The notes under the pieces were generated by a model, which searched no databases, was not told the DNA's origin, and saw only the letters and a list, made by a program, of their open reading frames with translations. 37,162 bases of DNA from a virus. Lineage: Duplodnaviria; Caudoviricetes. The position numbers and the translations under genes were made by a program. The stretch is taken from IMG/VR virus record IMGVR_UViG_3300030330_004789, positions 1 through 37,162 of that record; one strand, 5' to 3'. Shown one piece after another: positions 19,115 through 28,820 of the stretch; position 1 is the stretch's first letter; each line of letters begins with the position of its first letter.

Positions 19115-19524
19115 TGAAAAAGAACGAATTAAAAAAAATTTTAAAACCACTTATAAAAGAGTGTATCAAGGAAGTAATTTTTGAAGAAGGCACCCTCTCA
19201 ACTATTATAACAGAAGTCGTAAGAGGAACTTCTTCTTCACAGCCAATAGTTGAAGTAAAAAATGTAGAAAACAATGAAAAAAGATTACTAGCAAGACAAG
19301 AAAAATCAAAGGCAAAAAGAAAAAAAATGCTGGATGCCATCGGTCGAGATGCCTATAATGGTGTTGATTTGTTTGAAGGGACAACTCCCGCTCCCGCTCC
19401 ATCACAAGGCACAAGGGGCAGGGGCGCCCTATCAGATGTTAATCCAAATGATCCGGGAGTTGATATCTCTAGTATATTCTCACCAGAATCTTCACAAATT
19501 TGGAAAAAACTCTCGGGAAAATAA
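19114..19524 (+). CDS. Hypothetical head-cluster protein with LKPLIKECIKE leader
   Basis: Start overlaps the protease stop; 136 aa. Confidence 0.7.
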   Translation: MKKNELKKILKPLIKECIKEVIFEEGTLSTIITEVVRGTSSSQPIVEVKNVENNEKRLLARQEKSKAKRKKMLDAIGRDAYNGVDLFEGTTPAPAPSQGTRGRGALSDVNPNDPGVDISSIFSPESSQIWKKLSGK

Positions 19525-19731
19525 ATGGCAAAGAATTTTGAAATAAAACCTCGTAGAAACGAGACACAAGATAGAATGATAAAGAGATTTATTAAGAAAA
19601 CAAAAAAACTTGGTATTATCGAAGAAATAAAAGATAGAAAGCAGTATAAGAAGCCCTCCGATAAAAAAAGAAGAGCTAGGCAAAAGGCAATCGCTAGAAG
19701 AAAGAAAGAAGAAGCAAAAAGAAATAAATAA
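19525..19731 (+). CDS. rpsU: Phage-encoded ribosomal protein bS21
   Basis: 68 aa, basic; E..DRMIKRFIKK...GIIEEIKDRKQYKKPSDKKRR...A..R matches the bS21 pattern (LRRFKR...G..E.R.R..YEKPS..R). Confidence 0.85.
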   Translation: MAKNFEIKPRRNETQDRMIKRFIKKTKKLGIIEEIKDRKQYKKPSDKKRRARQKAIARRKKEEAKRNK

Positions 19732-19760
19732 CTAATTAGTTTAGTTTTGGAGAATAAAAA

Positions 19761-20195
19761 ATGGCAACACATACATATACAAGTTGGGGTCGGACAAGAA
19801 GGCCCAAAAATATCGCCGGGGTTGATGGAACAGCGGTGACAGTCATAACCTCCGTGCCAACCACAGACGCATCTGTAGGCAATCGCACAGAGAATCAAAG
19901 ATTTTTGCATATTTGGATAGACAGCACTGGGAGTACAGATAGTATTATCCTATATGTCTTTAACTATGCTGTTGGAAAATGGGCTGCTTTAAAAGCTCCC
20001 TTGGGTGACCCAGCCAGTTCAAGTGGTAACAAAAACGCCAGAACGTTTGATAGTGCCTATGTCCCAGTAGAAATTCAAGGGTCTACAACGGAGCAACATT
20101 TTATTGTGGAAATCGCTGGAATTGACAGAGTAGCTTTCTATCAAGATGGAGCCAACGATACTTTTACTATTCATGCTGCTTGTAGTACTTTTTAA
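19761..20195 (+). CDS. Hypothetical protein, probably virion-associated
   Basis: GGAG RBS, ACTAATTA motif upstream, beta-rich T/S/A composition. Confidence 0.65.
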   Translation: MATHTYTSWGRTRRPKNIAGVDGTAVTVITSVPTTDASVGNRTENQRFLHIWIDSTGSTDSIILYVFNYAVGKWAALKAPLGDPASSSGNKNARTFDSAYVPVEIQGSTTEQHFIVEIAGIDRVAFYQDGANDTFTIHAACSTF

Positions 20196-20204
20196 GAGAG
20201 ATGA

Positions 20205-22370
20205 ATGGGTGAGTTCGGATGGGCATATGTAGCTGGTGGTGCTATCACTGGGGCTTTGGGTCCCACAGGTTCTGTATTACTTAAGATTGGACATCTAGAG
20301 ATCAGTGGCTCTAGCAATCTTATATATAATACCAACTCTGATACTTTGGAGATAGTAGGTAATCTATCGGCTAGCAATGCTCTTACTGCTAGCAATTTAT
20401 ATTTACCTAGCTTATCTAGTGGTACTGCTACTAGTTCTTCATATTTAGCGCTTGATAGCAATAACATCGTAATATTAACCTCTTCTGTTGGGATAGGAGG
20501 TGGTTCTATTTCTGTGCAGCAAACAGGAAGTTCTGCCATTTCCAACGTGACAACTATAGTATTTACAGGCAGTACAGTCACTAACAATGGCAGTGGAGAA
20601 GTTGTCATTACACCCGTTATTGGATCAGCGGAAGATGGGAGTTATAGTGATGGCCTTTTTACAGACTTTAACCACAATACAAAAATTGGCATAGCGATTG
20701 ATAAAATAAACGAAGTCTTGAAGGGTGTCGCACCCGGGCCCTCTCCAAGTCTAGATGATATAGATTGCGACACTTCTGCTGTTAATGCTAAGTTGTCATT
20801 TGGATCAGCGCAATCTATTGGCGGCTACACAAACGCTTTGCCAACATCCTTGAGTGCTAGCAATAATCTAGGAAACGCCGACATAAACGAATCGTTTAGT
20901 TCCACAACAGTCAGTAACGATACACGGATAGGTTGTTTAAATGGAACCACGGTTGTAGCTGGTACTTTGAATGAAGATGTTACCGCAGATAGCCCAAATT
21001 ATGGAGCTAATTCTTTCGGTTCCGGTGATGTGGGCACTTTAAAGCTTTTTGTAAACAACAACAGTACAGAGATACACTCAGTTGATTTAAGTGCTTTTTC
21101 ATCTGGAAGTTCTGTTAATAATGAAGGTTCCGGGTTTACATTGAGTGCTGCTTTTCCCGGCCATTTTAGTGATGGATCAGAATTTAATACGTTTAAGCAT
21201 AGAACAGGAAGTTATACTATAGCCAGTGGTAGTCAAAGGAACGGATGGAATTATGCTAGAGTAACACATACTGTCGGATCCAGCACGACTACAACAAACT
21301 ATATAGAGTGGGTTAACGACCCAGATGCTAATGCCTTGACATCTGATAATTCGGCCATGGATACTCTTGTTATGGGAGGAAACACTAATCTGTCTGGTAT
21401 AAAATACCATAGATCCGGATCTGCTGAATATAGGGTGAGAGTTCAAAACGCTTATAGAAACATTTATTCTACATCCAACATTACATTTACTGGTACGAAC
21501 TGTTCAATACCAGCACAAGCATTCCCTAGTATTAATACTGGAGGCGGCGAAGACGAGAGTAAAACCTTACATTTAACAGGCTCTGCAACTATAACTACAG
21601 ACCCAATGTTAAATGCTGCCATCACAGCTAGTGTAAATGTTCCTGCTCCAATTAAATCAAATATTTCAAACGGCTCTCCACAAGGGATACCCGGAATTTT
21701 GATGTATAATCTTTCAAATACATCAACAGTCACTTCGGAGACTTTTCGTGCTGAAAACTTTAGACTAGTTTCGGGCAGTTATCCTACTCAAGCGGCAGTG
21801 ACTAGCTCTTCCAATACATGGGATTCAACAACTAGCTTGTTGACGGTTGATGGGTTATTATTCTATGATAGTAGATTATATGCTCCCAAATTAGGAGGAG
21901 TAAGTGGTGACTTTCGAAACACTGCAGATGGAGGTTCTATACAAAACGGCCCAAGTAGTAATCTAAACTATAGTGGCATCAATTCTGGTATTCGAACCTT
22001 TTATAGGTATTTTCAAAATAATTCTGGAGGCTCCAAGACTGGCTTCAGTATAACAATTAATGGCTCTGGGACAATTGTATCCTCTGGTGCTTCTCTATCG
22101 ACCTCCAATATACATGTGTTTTTGAAATTACCTACCACTACAAATTCTTTTGAAACAGGGTGGATGGATTTAGCGACATCGTTCTCTACCAATCAGACGT
22201 CTGACAATGACGGGTGCTTGGAGGGATCGCTAGATTCTAGTTTAAATGCCACTAATACGGCAACATTTGGTGTTGAATCAATTGGCTCTAATGAATATAT
22301 TATGATCAAGATAGAGGCATTAGCAACTTGGACTGGTTACATAAATCAAATCAGTATAAGCTGGAGTTGA
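20205..22370 (+). CDS. Large S/T/G/N-rich virion structural protein
   Basis: 721 aa with beta-strand-like composition, in the structural cluster. Confidence 0.7.
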   Translation: MGEFGWAYVAGGAITGALGPTGSVLLKIGHLEISGSSNLIYNTNSDTLEIVGNLSASNALTASNLYLPSLSSGTATSSSYLALDSNNIVILTSSVGIGGGSISVQQTGSSAISNVTTIVFTGSTVTNNGSGEVVITPVIGSAEDGSYSDGLFTDFNHNTKIGIAIDKINEVLKGVAPGPSPSLDDIDCDTSAVNAKLSFGSAQSIGGYTNALPTSLSASNNLGNADINESFSSTTVSNDTRIGCLNGTTVVAGTLNEDVTADSPNYGANSFGSGDVGTLKLFVNNNSTEIHSVDLSAFSSGSSVNNEGSGFTLSAAFPGHFSDGSEFNTFKHRTGSYTIASGSQRNGWNYARVTHTVGSSTTTTNYIEWVNDPDANALTSDNSAMDTLVMGGNTNLSGIKYHRSGSAEYRVRVQNAYRNIYSTSNITFTGTNCSIPAQAFPSINTGGGEDESKTLHLTGSATITTDPMLNAAITASVNVPAPIKSNISNGSPQGIPGILMYNLSNTSTVTSETFRAENFRLVSGSYPTQAAVTSSSNTWDSTTSLLTVDGLLFYDSRLYAPKLGGVSGDFRNTADGGSIQNGPSSNLNYSGINSGIRTFYRYFQNNSGGSKTGFSITINGSGTIVSSGASLSTSNIHVFLKLPTTTNSFETGWMDLATSFSTNQTSDNDGCLEGSLDSSLNATNTATFGVESIGSNEYIMIKIEALATWTGYINQISISWS

Positions 22371-22373
22371 TAG

Positions 22374-23279
22374 ATGGCCTATGATTCTAAAACTGAGCGG
22401 TTAATATCTATAAAAAAATTGGCTGGAAAGGCTCACACTTCAAACGACAAGGGTTTATCAAACGAAGCATTGTCTTCCGGAATAACAGCTACATCTGAGA
22501 CTATTTTTGGATCCGCTATAACAGCCACTCCATCTGATGCTTCTCTCTATACGATAAGCGGTTTTGTAGAATATATCAGATTTCCTGTTACGTTTATAGC
22601 TGGTAGCGATACATCAGATGGTCGGCATGGTTTTCAATTAAAATTACCGGCTGATTATGAATCAAATTCATCAAACTCTAAGGCTGGGACTTTTCCTTTT
22701 GTCAATAATCAAGTTATAAATGTTGTCTCTGGTGCTCTCCAAATGGTTCCACCTTCTTTTGCTGCTGCATATGAGGCAAAAGCTTATTACGGTGGAAATA
22801 CAACTAAAAATTCTGGTACTAGAATTCCTATATTGGACACCAGAGATTGGTATTTGGATTACTTTAACGGCATATTTTTTCAACAAGACCCTCCCGGCAC
22901 CGGCGATCACAGCAATAATCCGGATTTTATAGAGGGGTTTCTTTACATCGGAGATATGTTAAACGATGTTATCTCCTCCGGTGCTTCTTCGTATTCTAGA
23001 ACAGCAGTTGCTTCTACATTGACTGCTTCTGTTAATTCAAAGATAATAGGTATATCAGCATCAGCAGCCGTGGAAATACGACTACCCTCAGCATCCAACT
23101 ATACATCGGGTCAACATTTTGTCGTAAAAGATGAAGGAGGGAATTGCAATGTTAATAATATTACAATTCGAGCAAGTGGATCTCAAACTATTGATGGTAA
23201 TAACTCGATAGTTCTAGAGTCACCCTATGCGGCTGTCAATATATATTCCGATGGAACATCCAAATTCTTTATCTATTAG
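22374..23279 (+). CDS. Virion structural protein with C-terminal LP..S...G...VKD...TIDG..LESPY domain
   Basis: C-terminal ~95 aa align by eye with the C-terminus of the 23361 protein. Confidence 0.7.
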   Translation: MAYDSKTERLISIKKLAGKAHTSNDKGLSNEALSSGITATSETIFGSAITATPSDASLYTISGFVEYIRFPVTFIAGSDTSDGRHGFQLKLPADYESNSSNSKAGTFPFVNNQVINVVSGALQMVPPSFAAAYEAKAYYGGNTTKNSGTRIPILDTRDWYLDYFNGIFFQQDPPGTGDHSNNPDFIEGFLYIGDMLNDVISSGASSYSRTAVASTLTASVNSKIIGISASAAVEIRLPSASNYTSGQHFVVKDEGGNCNVNNITIRASGSQTIDGNNSIVLESPYAAVNIYSDGTSKFFIY

Positions 23280-23300
23280 TCTCTTTTGGTGTTTTTCCAC

Positions 23301-23308
23301 ACTATTTA
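23301..23308 (+). promoter_or_regulatory. Candidate late-promoter motif ACTATTTA
   Basis: Intergenic, 60 nt before ATG 23361; the motif recurs before other structural genes. Confidence 0.6.
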
Positions 23309-23360
23309 TGAACGGAGACCTATAGGGTCTTTGTCATAATTTTTTTGGAGGAATATATTT

Positions 23361-25718
23361 ATGGCTTATAAATTTCAATTAGGAGCATATACTGCTTCTG
23401 GTTCATTAAAGCAAGAAGGCACTTTGGAGTGCGAAACCAGTATTACAATTGGTTCTGCCGCTCTCACTGAAGCTGAGCTTGAAAAACTTGACGGTATCAC
23501 AAACGGTACCGCTGCTGCGAACAAAGCTGTTGTCTTAGACGGCTCGAAGAATATCGCAACAATTGGTACTATTGGTTGTGGCGCAATCACTTCTACTGGA
23601 AATAGTACTTTTGGTCGTGTACAAATTGATAGCGCAAGTGATTATATTGATGTTGACACCGATCTTAAAGTAATAGCCGGTCAGGATATTGTTTTGGATC
23701 CTGCTGGTGGCGATGTTAAGGTTGACGGAAATGTTGTCCCTAACTCTGATGATGGTGGTACCCTAGGTTCTGCTAACTTGAATTGGGCAGATCTTTACTT
23801 AGCAGATGGTGCGAACATTTATTTTGGGGATGCTCAAGACTCAAAAATTTATTGGAGCGCTGCTGACTCTTTGATAATGGAGAGTGCTGAAGATGATTTC
23901 GTATTCGAACTTAAGAATACAAATGTTGGAGCTAATGGCGAAACTTTTAGGTTTCATGCTTCTAGTAGCTCTCCTGCTGACAATGATAAGATTGGTGGTA
24001 TCGAATTTATGGGATACGACGATGGTGGTGGAGCACATATTTACGGTGCTATTTCAGTTAGTGCCACTGACGTATCTGCTGGTGCTGAACAGGGAAAGAT
24101 GGAATTCAAAGTTGCTGAGTTTGATGGCACTTCAACTACTGGTCTTGCCTTGGAAGGATTAGGTTCAAATGGAGACATCACTGTTGATATCTCTACTCAC
24201 GATGGTGCTGCTGGTGGACTTAAGCTCGGTGGTACACTTGTAACTTCTACTGCTGCTGAGTTGAATCTTTTGGATAGTATCACTCGTGGCTCTATTCTTG
24301 CTGGTACGGGCGCAGGATCTGCTGAAGTAGTCGCAAAGACTTCTGGTCAGATTTTAGTTGGTGATGGAACTGATGTTGCTTCTGTTGCTGTTTCTGGAGA
24401 TGTCACTCTAGCTTCAAACGGTGCTGTAACTTTGGCTGCAGCTCAAACAAATGTCACTTCTCTTCTTGCAACTGATATTAAAATTGGTGAAGACGATCAG
24501 ACTAAAATCGACTTTGAAGACGCCAACAAGATTAACTTCTATGCTAACAACTCTAAAGAAGTTGAATTGGCTGAGAACAGCTTGTCCCCGGGTTCCAATG
24601 ATGGAACTGCTCTTGGTACTACTTCTCTTGGTTGGTCTGACCTTTATTTGGCGAATGGCGGAGCTATTGAATTTGGCAATTCTCAAGACTTTAAACTTTA
24701 TTGGGGTGCTGCTGATAATGCTCGTCTAGAAAGTGCTCAAGACGATTTCGTATTCGAACTTAAGAATACAAATGCTGGTGCTAACGGTGAAACTTTTAGA
24801 TTCCACGCTTCTAGTAGCAGCCCTGCTGACAACGACAAGATTGGCGGCATCGAGTTTATGGGTTATGATGATGGAGGTGGTGCTCACATCTTTGGCGCAA
24901 TCGAAGTTACTGCGACTGATGTTTCTGCTGGTGCAGAGCAAAGTAAAATGGAAATCAAGGTTGCTGAATTTGATGGAACATCAACCACTGGTATTAAATT
25001 GTCTGGTGGATCTTCTAATGGTATCATCGACGTACAAATCGGCGCTGGTGCTAGCTCTACAACAGAAATTGCTGGTAACTTGGTAGTTCGTGGTACCACT
25101 ACTACTGTTCATTCTACCGCTGTTAATATTACTGGTTCCTTTGTATTTGAAGGATCTACAGCAGATGGAAATGAAACAACTCTTGGTGTAATTGATCCTA
25201 CCGCTGACAGAACTCTTAACTTAGCTAATGTTGATGGTACTTTGATTCCATTTGCGGCAGCTTCTACAACTGCTATTAGTTCTACTCCGGGCGAGCTTAA
25301 CCTCTTAGATGGTTCTGCTAAGTCCACATCTTCAATTACAATTGCGGATGCCGATGCTTTTATCGTTATTGATGGTAGTACAACTAAGCAAATTCCAGCT
25401 TCTGATATCAAGACTTATATTGGAAACACTTCTAATCTAGACGTAGCTCTTAAAGATAATACAGAAACCTTGGCTGTTGGTGTTAACTATATGGCTGATT
25501 TCTCCGGTGGTGGAGAGACTGTTAATCTTCCTGCTGCTCCGACTGTTGGAGATACGGTATATCTTAAAGCTCCAAGCAACTGTGCTTCAGATGCGACACT
25601 ACAAGTTAATACACAAGGCTCTCACACTATTGACGGTGAAGATCAGATTATTCTAGAATCACCTCATGCTGCTGTTATGATTGTCTATGTAGTATCAAAC
25701 GTTTGGAAAGTATTCTAA
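23361..25718 (+). CDS. Fibre-like virion protein with internal duplication
   Basis: AELNLLD fibre-type motifs, duplicated ~135-aa module, GGAGG RBS, strongly biased codons. Confidence 0.75.
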   Translation: MAYKFQLGAYTASGSLKQEGTLECETSITIGSAALTEAELEKLDGITNGTAAANKAVVLDGSKNIATIGTIGCGAITSTGNSTFGRVQIDSASDYIDVDTDLKVIAGQDIVLDPAGGDVKVDGNVVPNSDDGGTLGSANLNWADLYLADGANIYFGDAQDSKIYWSAADSLIMESAEDDFVFELKNTNVGANGETFRFHASSSSPADNDKIGGIEFMGYDDGGGAHIYGAISVSATDVSAGAEQGKMEFKVAEFDGTSTTGLALEGLGSNGDITVDISTHDGAAGGLKLGGTLVTSTAAELNLLDSITRGSILAGTGAGSAEVVAKTSGQILVGDGTDVASVAVSGDVTLASNGAVTLAAAQTNVTSLLATDIKIGEDDQTKIDFEDANKINFYANNSKEVELAENSLSPGSNDGTALGTTSLGWSDLYLANGGAIEFGNSQDFKLYWGAADNARLESAQDDFVFELKNTNAGANGETFRFHASSSSPADNDKIGGIEFMGYDDGGGAHIFGAIEVTATDVSAGAEQSKMEIKVAEFDGTSTTGIKLSGGSSNGIIDVQIGAGASSTTEIAGNLVVRGTTTTVHSTAVNITGSFVFEGSTADGNETTLGVIDPTADRTLNLANVDGTLIPFAAASTTAISSTPGELNLLDGSAKSTSSITIADADAFIVIDGSTTKQIPASDIKTYIGNTSNLDVALKDNTETLAVGVNYMADFSGGGETVNLPAAPTVGDTVYLKAPSNCASDATLQVNTQGSHTIDGEDQIILESPHAAVMIVYVVSNVWKVF
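23739..24992 (+). repeat. Diverged direct repeat, ~405 bp (23739-24143 and 24588-24992, offset 849)
   Basis: Both encode ...DDFVFELKNTN.GANGETFRFHASSSSPADNDKIGGIEFMGYDDGGGAHI...KVAEFDGTSTTG. Confidence 0.95.
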
Positions 25719-25742
25719 TCTCAAAAAAGAGATTACTCTTAT

Positions 25743-25773
25743 GGGCTCCGACTTTTGTCGGGCCCTTTTTTTT
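25743..25773 (+). terminator. Intrinsic terminator
   Basis: GGGCTCCGAC-TTTT-GTCGGGCCC stem (one bulge) followed by T8. Confidence 0.9.
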
Positions 25774-25808
25774 ATATCATGATAATTATTATAGAACGTG
25801 GAGGTGTA

Positions 25809-26495
25809 ATGTTCTCTTTTTTATTTGGTATGGCCTTTGCTGGAGATCCAATACCAGAAATCATCGTTGAGTCACGTAAAGATATTGAAGTTTTTGTTGC
25901 CCCAACAGAAATAATTAATAAAACAAAGATCCCTTATCATATGGACTCAACATCAGTCTTTGGGCACACAATAAATGACGTTAGTAATGCTCAAAAATTG
26001 ACACAATATGGCTATGTTTCAATGGACGATGATATTTCGGTATACAACCCCGACACAATAAAATTCGCTTGGGATAATTGCGACTATTCTATAAATTATA
26101 GACAATGTTCTCATGAGAATGGTCATTATCTTTTAGAGAGTTATATAGTGTTCAACAAAGAACAGGTAACGGTTCGTCTTATTCTTTTTGATGAGAATAT
26201 GAAACCTGTAGCTCAAACGGTTCAAAATAATTCTAGAATTGTTAAGATATTTAAAAAACAAAAGGTATCTAGAGCAATTATCCCAATGGGTGGAACAACA
26301 GTGGCCCCTAGGAGGCAGTGCGGTCCGACATCTTGTTCGACAATAAGAGGAGGCGTCGGTGGATCCATCTCAGCTTACACTCAAACAACAACAGAAGATC
26401 TAGAGCCATCAGTGATTATTATTGAGCCAAAATTACTAGATAGAGATATACAGCAAGCGTCCGTAAGATTATGGACTTCAATAAGGATATATTAA
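25809..26495 (+). CDS. Exported/periplasmic protein
   Basis: ATG 25809 has GGAGGT upstream; the track start at 25755 lies inside the terminator. Signal-like MFSFLFGMAFA|GDP. Confidence 0.7.
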   Translation: MFSFLFGMAFAGDPIPEIIVESRKDIEVFVAPTEIINKTKIPYHMDSTSVFGHTINDVSNAQKLTQYGYVSMDDDISVYNPDTIKFAWDNCDYSINYRQCSHENGHYLLESYIVFNKEQVTVRLILFDENMKPVAQTVQNNSRIVKIFKKQKVSRAIIPMGGTTVAPRRQCGPTSCSTIRGGVGGSISAYTQTTTEDLEPSVIIIEPKLLDRDIQQASVRLWTSIRIY

Positions 26496-27485
26496 ATGTC
26501 ATATAAATACTCAAAGGGTGCACAAGTAATTGGAGACCTTAAAGCTGCCAGCGACACTCAAAGAGATACCTTAATCGACTTTGAAGAGGATTACATTGGT
26601 TTTCAAGCTAGTGGATCTGTTGTGATGGTTGTCTCTGGATCGAATGTTGGAATCGGAACTACTTCTCCCGGATGCGAATTGCATGTCAAAGGCGATGACG
26701 CCAGAGTCAGAATCGACGGTGATTCAAACTCCCATCCCGGTCTTGAGATATCTGAGAATGGTACAAGAAAGTGGATTATCTTCAATGATTATGGTAACGA
26801 TAATCTTACATTTAAAACCAATAGTAACACAAGAATGTCAATACAGCAAGCTGGGAATGTTGGAATCGGAACTACTTCTCCAATAGCAGAGCTAGATGTT
26901 TCCGGAAAAATTGCAATAACATCTGAATCTTCGACTCCTTCTCAACCCTCTGACGGACAAGGTTATTTGTATACAAAATCTGATGGCAAGCTATATTGGA
27001 GATCTTACGATGTTACCGAGACCGATCTAACTTCCGGAGGTAGTGGTGGCGGTAGCTCCTCTAATCGCTCTGTTTATATGGGATATGTTAGTTTACAGAC
27101 AACTGCAAGAGTTGTTTCTTATGACTTAGGAGCTAACCTTGGAGGGACAGCAAATAATAACTTCAAAGGGATGATTATTGTGCCCTTTGGAGGAACCCTA
27201 GATACTGTTATACTATCCACCAAAGGAGCAACAGTCAATGATACAAACTTTGGAGACATAGTTGTTACTGCCTATAAAAATCAAGATAATTTTTCTTCTG
27301 GAACTGCTGTCACGGTAAACGGAGATAATTTCAGCCAAAAAGCATCTGGGACACCAAATATATATTCCGGAGTATTCGACTTTAGTCTATCAGTTTCTCA
27401 AGGGGATTTAATTCAAATAAAAGCAAACAGAGGCACCGGTGGTAGTACGGATACATTGGTCACTGTTGTGTTTACTGAGAGCTAA
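26496..27485 (+). CDS. Fibre protein with NVGIGTTSP repeats
   Basis: Two NVGIGTTSP...L.V.G units, a Gly/Ser linker and a C-terminal beta domain; TAAGGA RBS. Confidence 0.75.
   Translation: MSYKYSKGAQVIGDLKAASDTQRDTLIDFEEDYIGFQASGSVVMVVSGSNVGIGTTSPGCELHVKGDDARVRIDGDSNSHPGLEISENGTRKWIIFNDYGNDNLTFKTNSNTRMSIQQAGNVGIGTTSPIAELDVSGKIAITSESSTPSQPSDGQGYLYTKSDGKLYWRSYDVTETDLTSGGSGGGSSSNRSVYMGYVSLQTTARVVSYDLGANLGGTANNNFKGMIIVPFGGTLDTVILSTKGATVNDTNFGDIVVTAYKNQDNFSSGTAVTVNGDNFSQKASGTPNIYSGVFDFSLSVSQGDLIQIKANRGTGGSTDTLVTVVFTES
26642..26881 (+). repeat. Exact 27-bp direct repeat (26642-26668 and 26855-26881)
   Basis: GAATGTTGGAATCGGAACTACTTCTCC occurs twice, 213 bp (71 codons) apart. Confidence 0.95.
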
Positions 27486-27525
27486 GGGCCTCTAACTGAC
27501 AAATAGTCTTTTTCTTTGATTTCAC

Positions 27526-27533
27526 ACTATTTA
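27526..27533 (+). promoter_or_regulatory. Candidate late-promoter motif ACTATTTA
   Basis: Intergenic, 42 nt before the scaffold ATG. Confidence 0.6.
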
Positions 27534-27567
27534 ATGATGATAAGTATATACTAGGGAGAGAATATTA

Positions 27568-28797
27568 ATGTCTTCAATGTTAGAACAAGCAATTGTTGAT
27601 GCAAAAGCTTTGAGAGAAGCTGCTTTAAAAAATGCCGAACAATCTTTAATAGAAAAATATGCGCCACAAATAAAAGAGGCTGTTGATTCAATACTAGAGA
27701 GTGATGAGATTTCTGAGAAATTCATGAAAGGTAAGAAAGTTCAATATGAAGGAAACACTTATGAAGTTGTATCCGAATCAGAAGATGGCAAAATAGCCAT
27801 CGTCAGAGAGGGAGAAAAACCTCATTTAGTTTTAGAAACAGATTTACAAGAAGCTGAGGAAGAAATTATTCAAGAGGAAGAAATAGGTGGCCCTTCTGTG
27901 GCTGGTTCTGCTCCCGGAGCATCTTTTGAAGCTCCCTCAGCCAACAATTCCATGGTTGATATGGAACAAGAGGTTCTTATGTCCTTTAAAGAGAAGGATC
28001 CAAGTGCCGAAGGTATGTTTAATTTAGATTTGGAAGATATAAAAGCAGAAATGGCTCAAGAAGATGCTGAGATTTCTGATCCCATGGGCCCTTCTGATGT
28101 TTTAAGTGATTTAGGTATCTCTGATGAGGGCGGCGAAGAAGAAGCCGAGGGTGAAGAGCTTGATTTAGACTTAAATTTACAAGAACAATTGGTTGATGAA
28201 ATAGCAAACCTATTAAATGATATGTCAGAAGAAAATATTCTAGAAGAAGAGCTTATTGTTGATACTTCCGCACAAAAAGACGGAACTTTCCAGACAAATC
28301 AAGAATTGCTTGAATACCAAAGAGATCTAGAGCTAGCCAAGATGGAATCTACTAAATATAAAGAAGAAAATGAAGTTCTAGAGAAGAAATTGAAAGAATT
28401 ACAAGAAAATTTTAAAAAATTAAGACTTAAAAATAAACAATATAAGGACGTTGTTGAGAAAATCAATGAAAAACTCAATGAAACGCTCTTATCAAATGCA
28501 AAGTTGCTCTACAGCAACAAAACATTAAGCGATGCCTCCTTGAATGAGCGACAAAAAACAAAAATTGTTGAAGCCATCGCAAAGGCAAAAACACCAGAGG
28601 AAGCGAAAACTCTTTGTGAAGCTCTGAATGCTACAGTGACATCCGGAAATGATAAAAAAACAGGTCCGAGAACACTTAGCGAGTCCGTTCAAAGAAAATC
28701 AAATCTATCCGGTATATTGCCACGTAGAAACAGGCAAGAAAAGAATGAACAGCACACTTTTGCTGATCATATGAAAAAACTTGCTGGAATTAAATAA
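27568..28797 (+). CDS. Prohead core/scaffolding protein (gp22-like role)
   Basis: Very acidic, C-terminal coiled coil, many L-x-E sites, ends MKKLAGIK, directly upstream of the capsid gene. Confidence 0.8.
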   Translation: MSSMLEQAIVDAKALREAALKNAEQSLIEKYAPQIKEAVDSILESDEISEKFMKGKKVQYEGNTYEVVSESEDGKIAIVREGEKPHLVLETDLQEAEEEIIQEEEIGGPSVAGSAPGASFEAPSANNSMVDMEQEVLMSFKEKDPSAEGMFNLDLEDIKAEMAQEDAEISDPMGPSDVLSDLGISDEGGEEEAEGEELDLDLNLQEQLVDEIANLLNDMSEENILEEELIVDTSAQKDGTFQTNQELLEYQRDLELAKMESTKYKEENEVLEKKLKELQENFKKLRLKNKQYKDVVEKINEKLNETLLSNAKLLYSNKTLSDASLNERQKTKIVEAIAKAKTPEEAKTLCEALNATVTSGNDKKTGPRTLSESVQRKSNLSGILPRRNRQEKNEQHTFADHMKKLAGIK

Positions 28798-28820
28798 TAC
28801 ATTTAAGGAGGTTATAAAAA

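Noticed and set aside
19353-19910. 185-aa minus-strand ORF and other antisense or nested ORFs in the track
   Set aside because: They shadow well-supported + strand genes, lack RBSs and have F/L/S-rich composition expected from reverse-complemented K/E-rich codons.
23739-24992. Diversity-generating retroelement TR/VR pair
   Set aside because: Differences are mostly synonymous and involve all bases, not adenines only; both copies are in one ORF; no reverse transcriptase in the window.
25755-25808. Upstream start for the exported protein
   Set aside because: Lies within a terminator hairpin; ATG 25809 has an SD and exposes a signal peptide.
26642-26881. CRISPR mini-array from the 27-bp repeat
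   Set aside because: Only two copies, 186-bp in-frame coding spacer, no cas genes.
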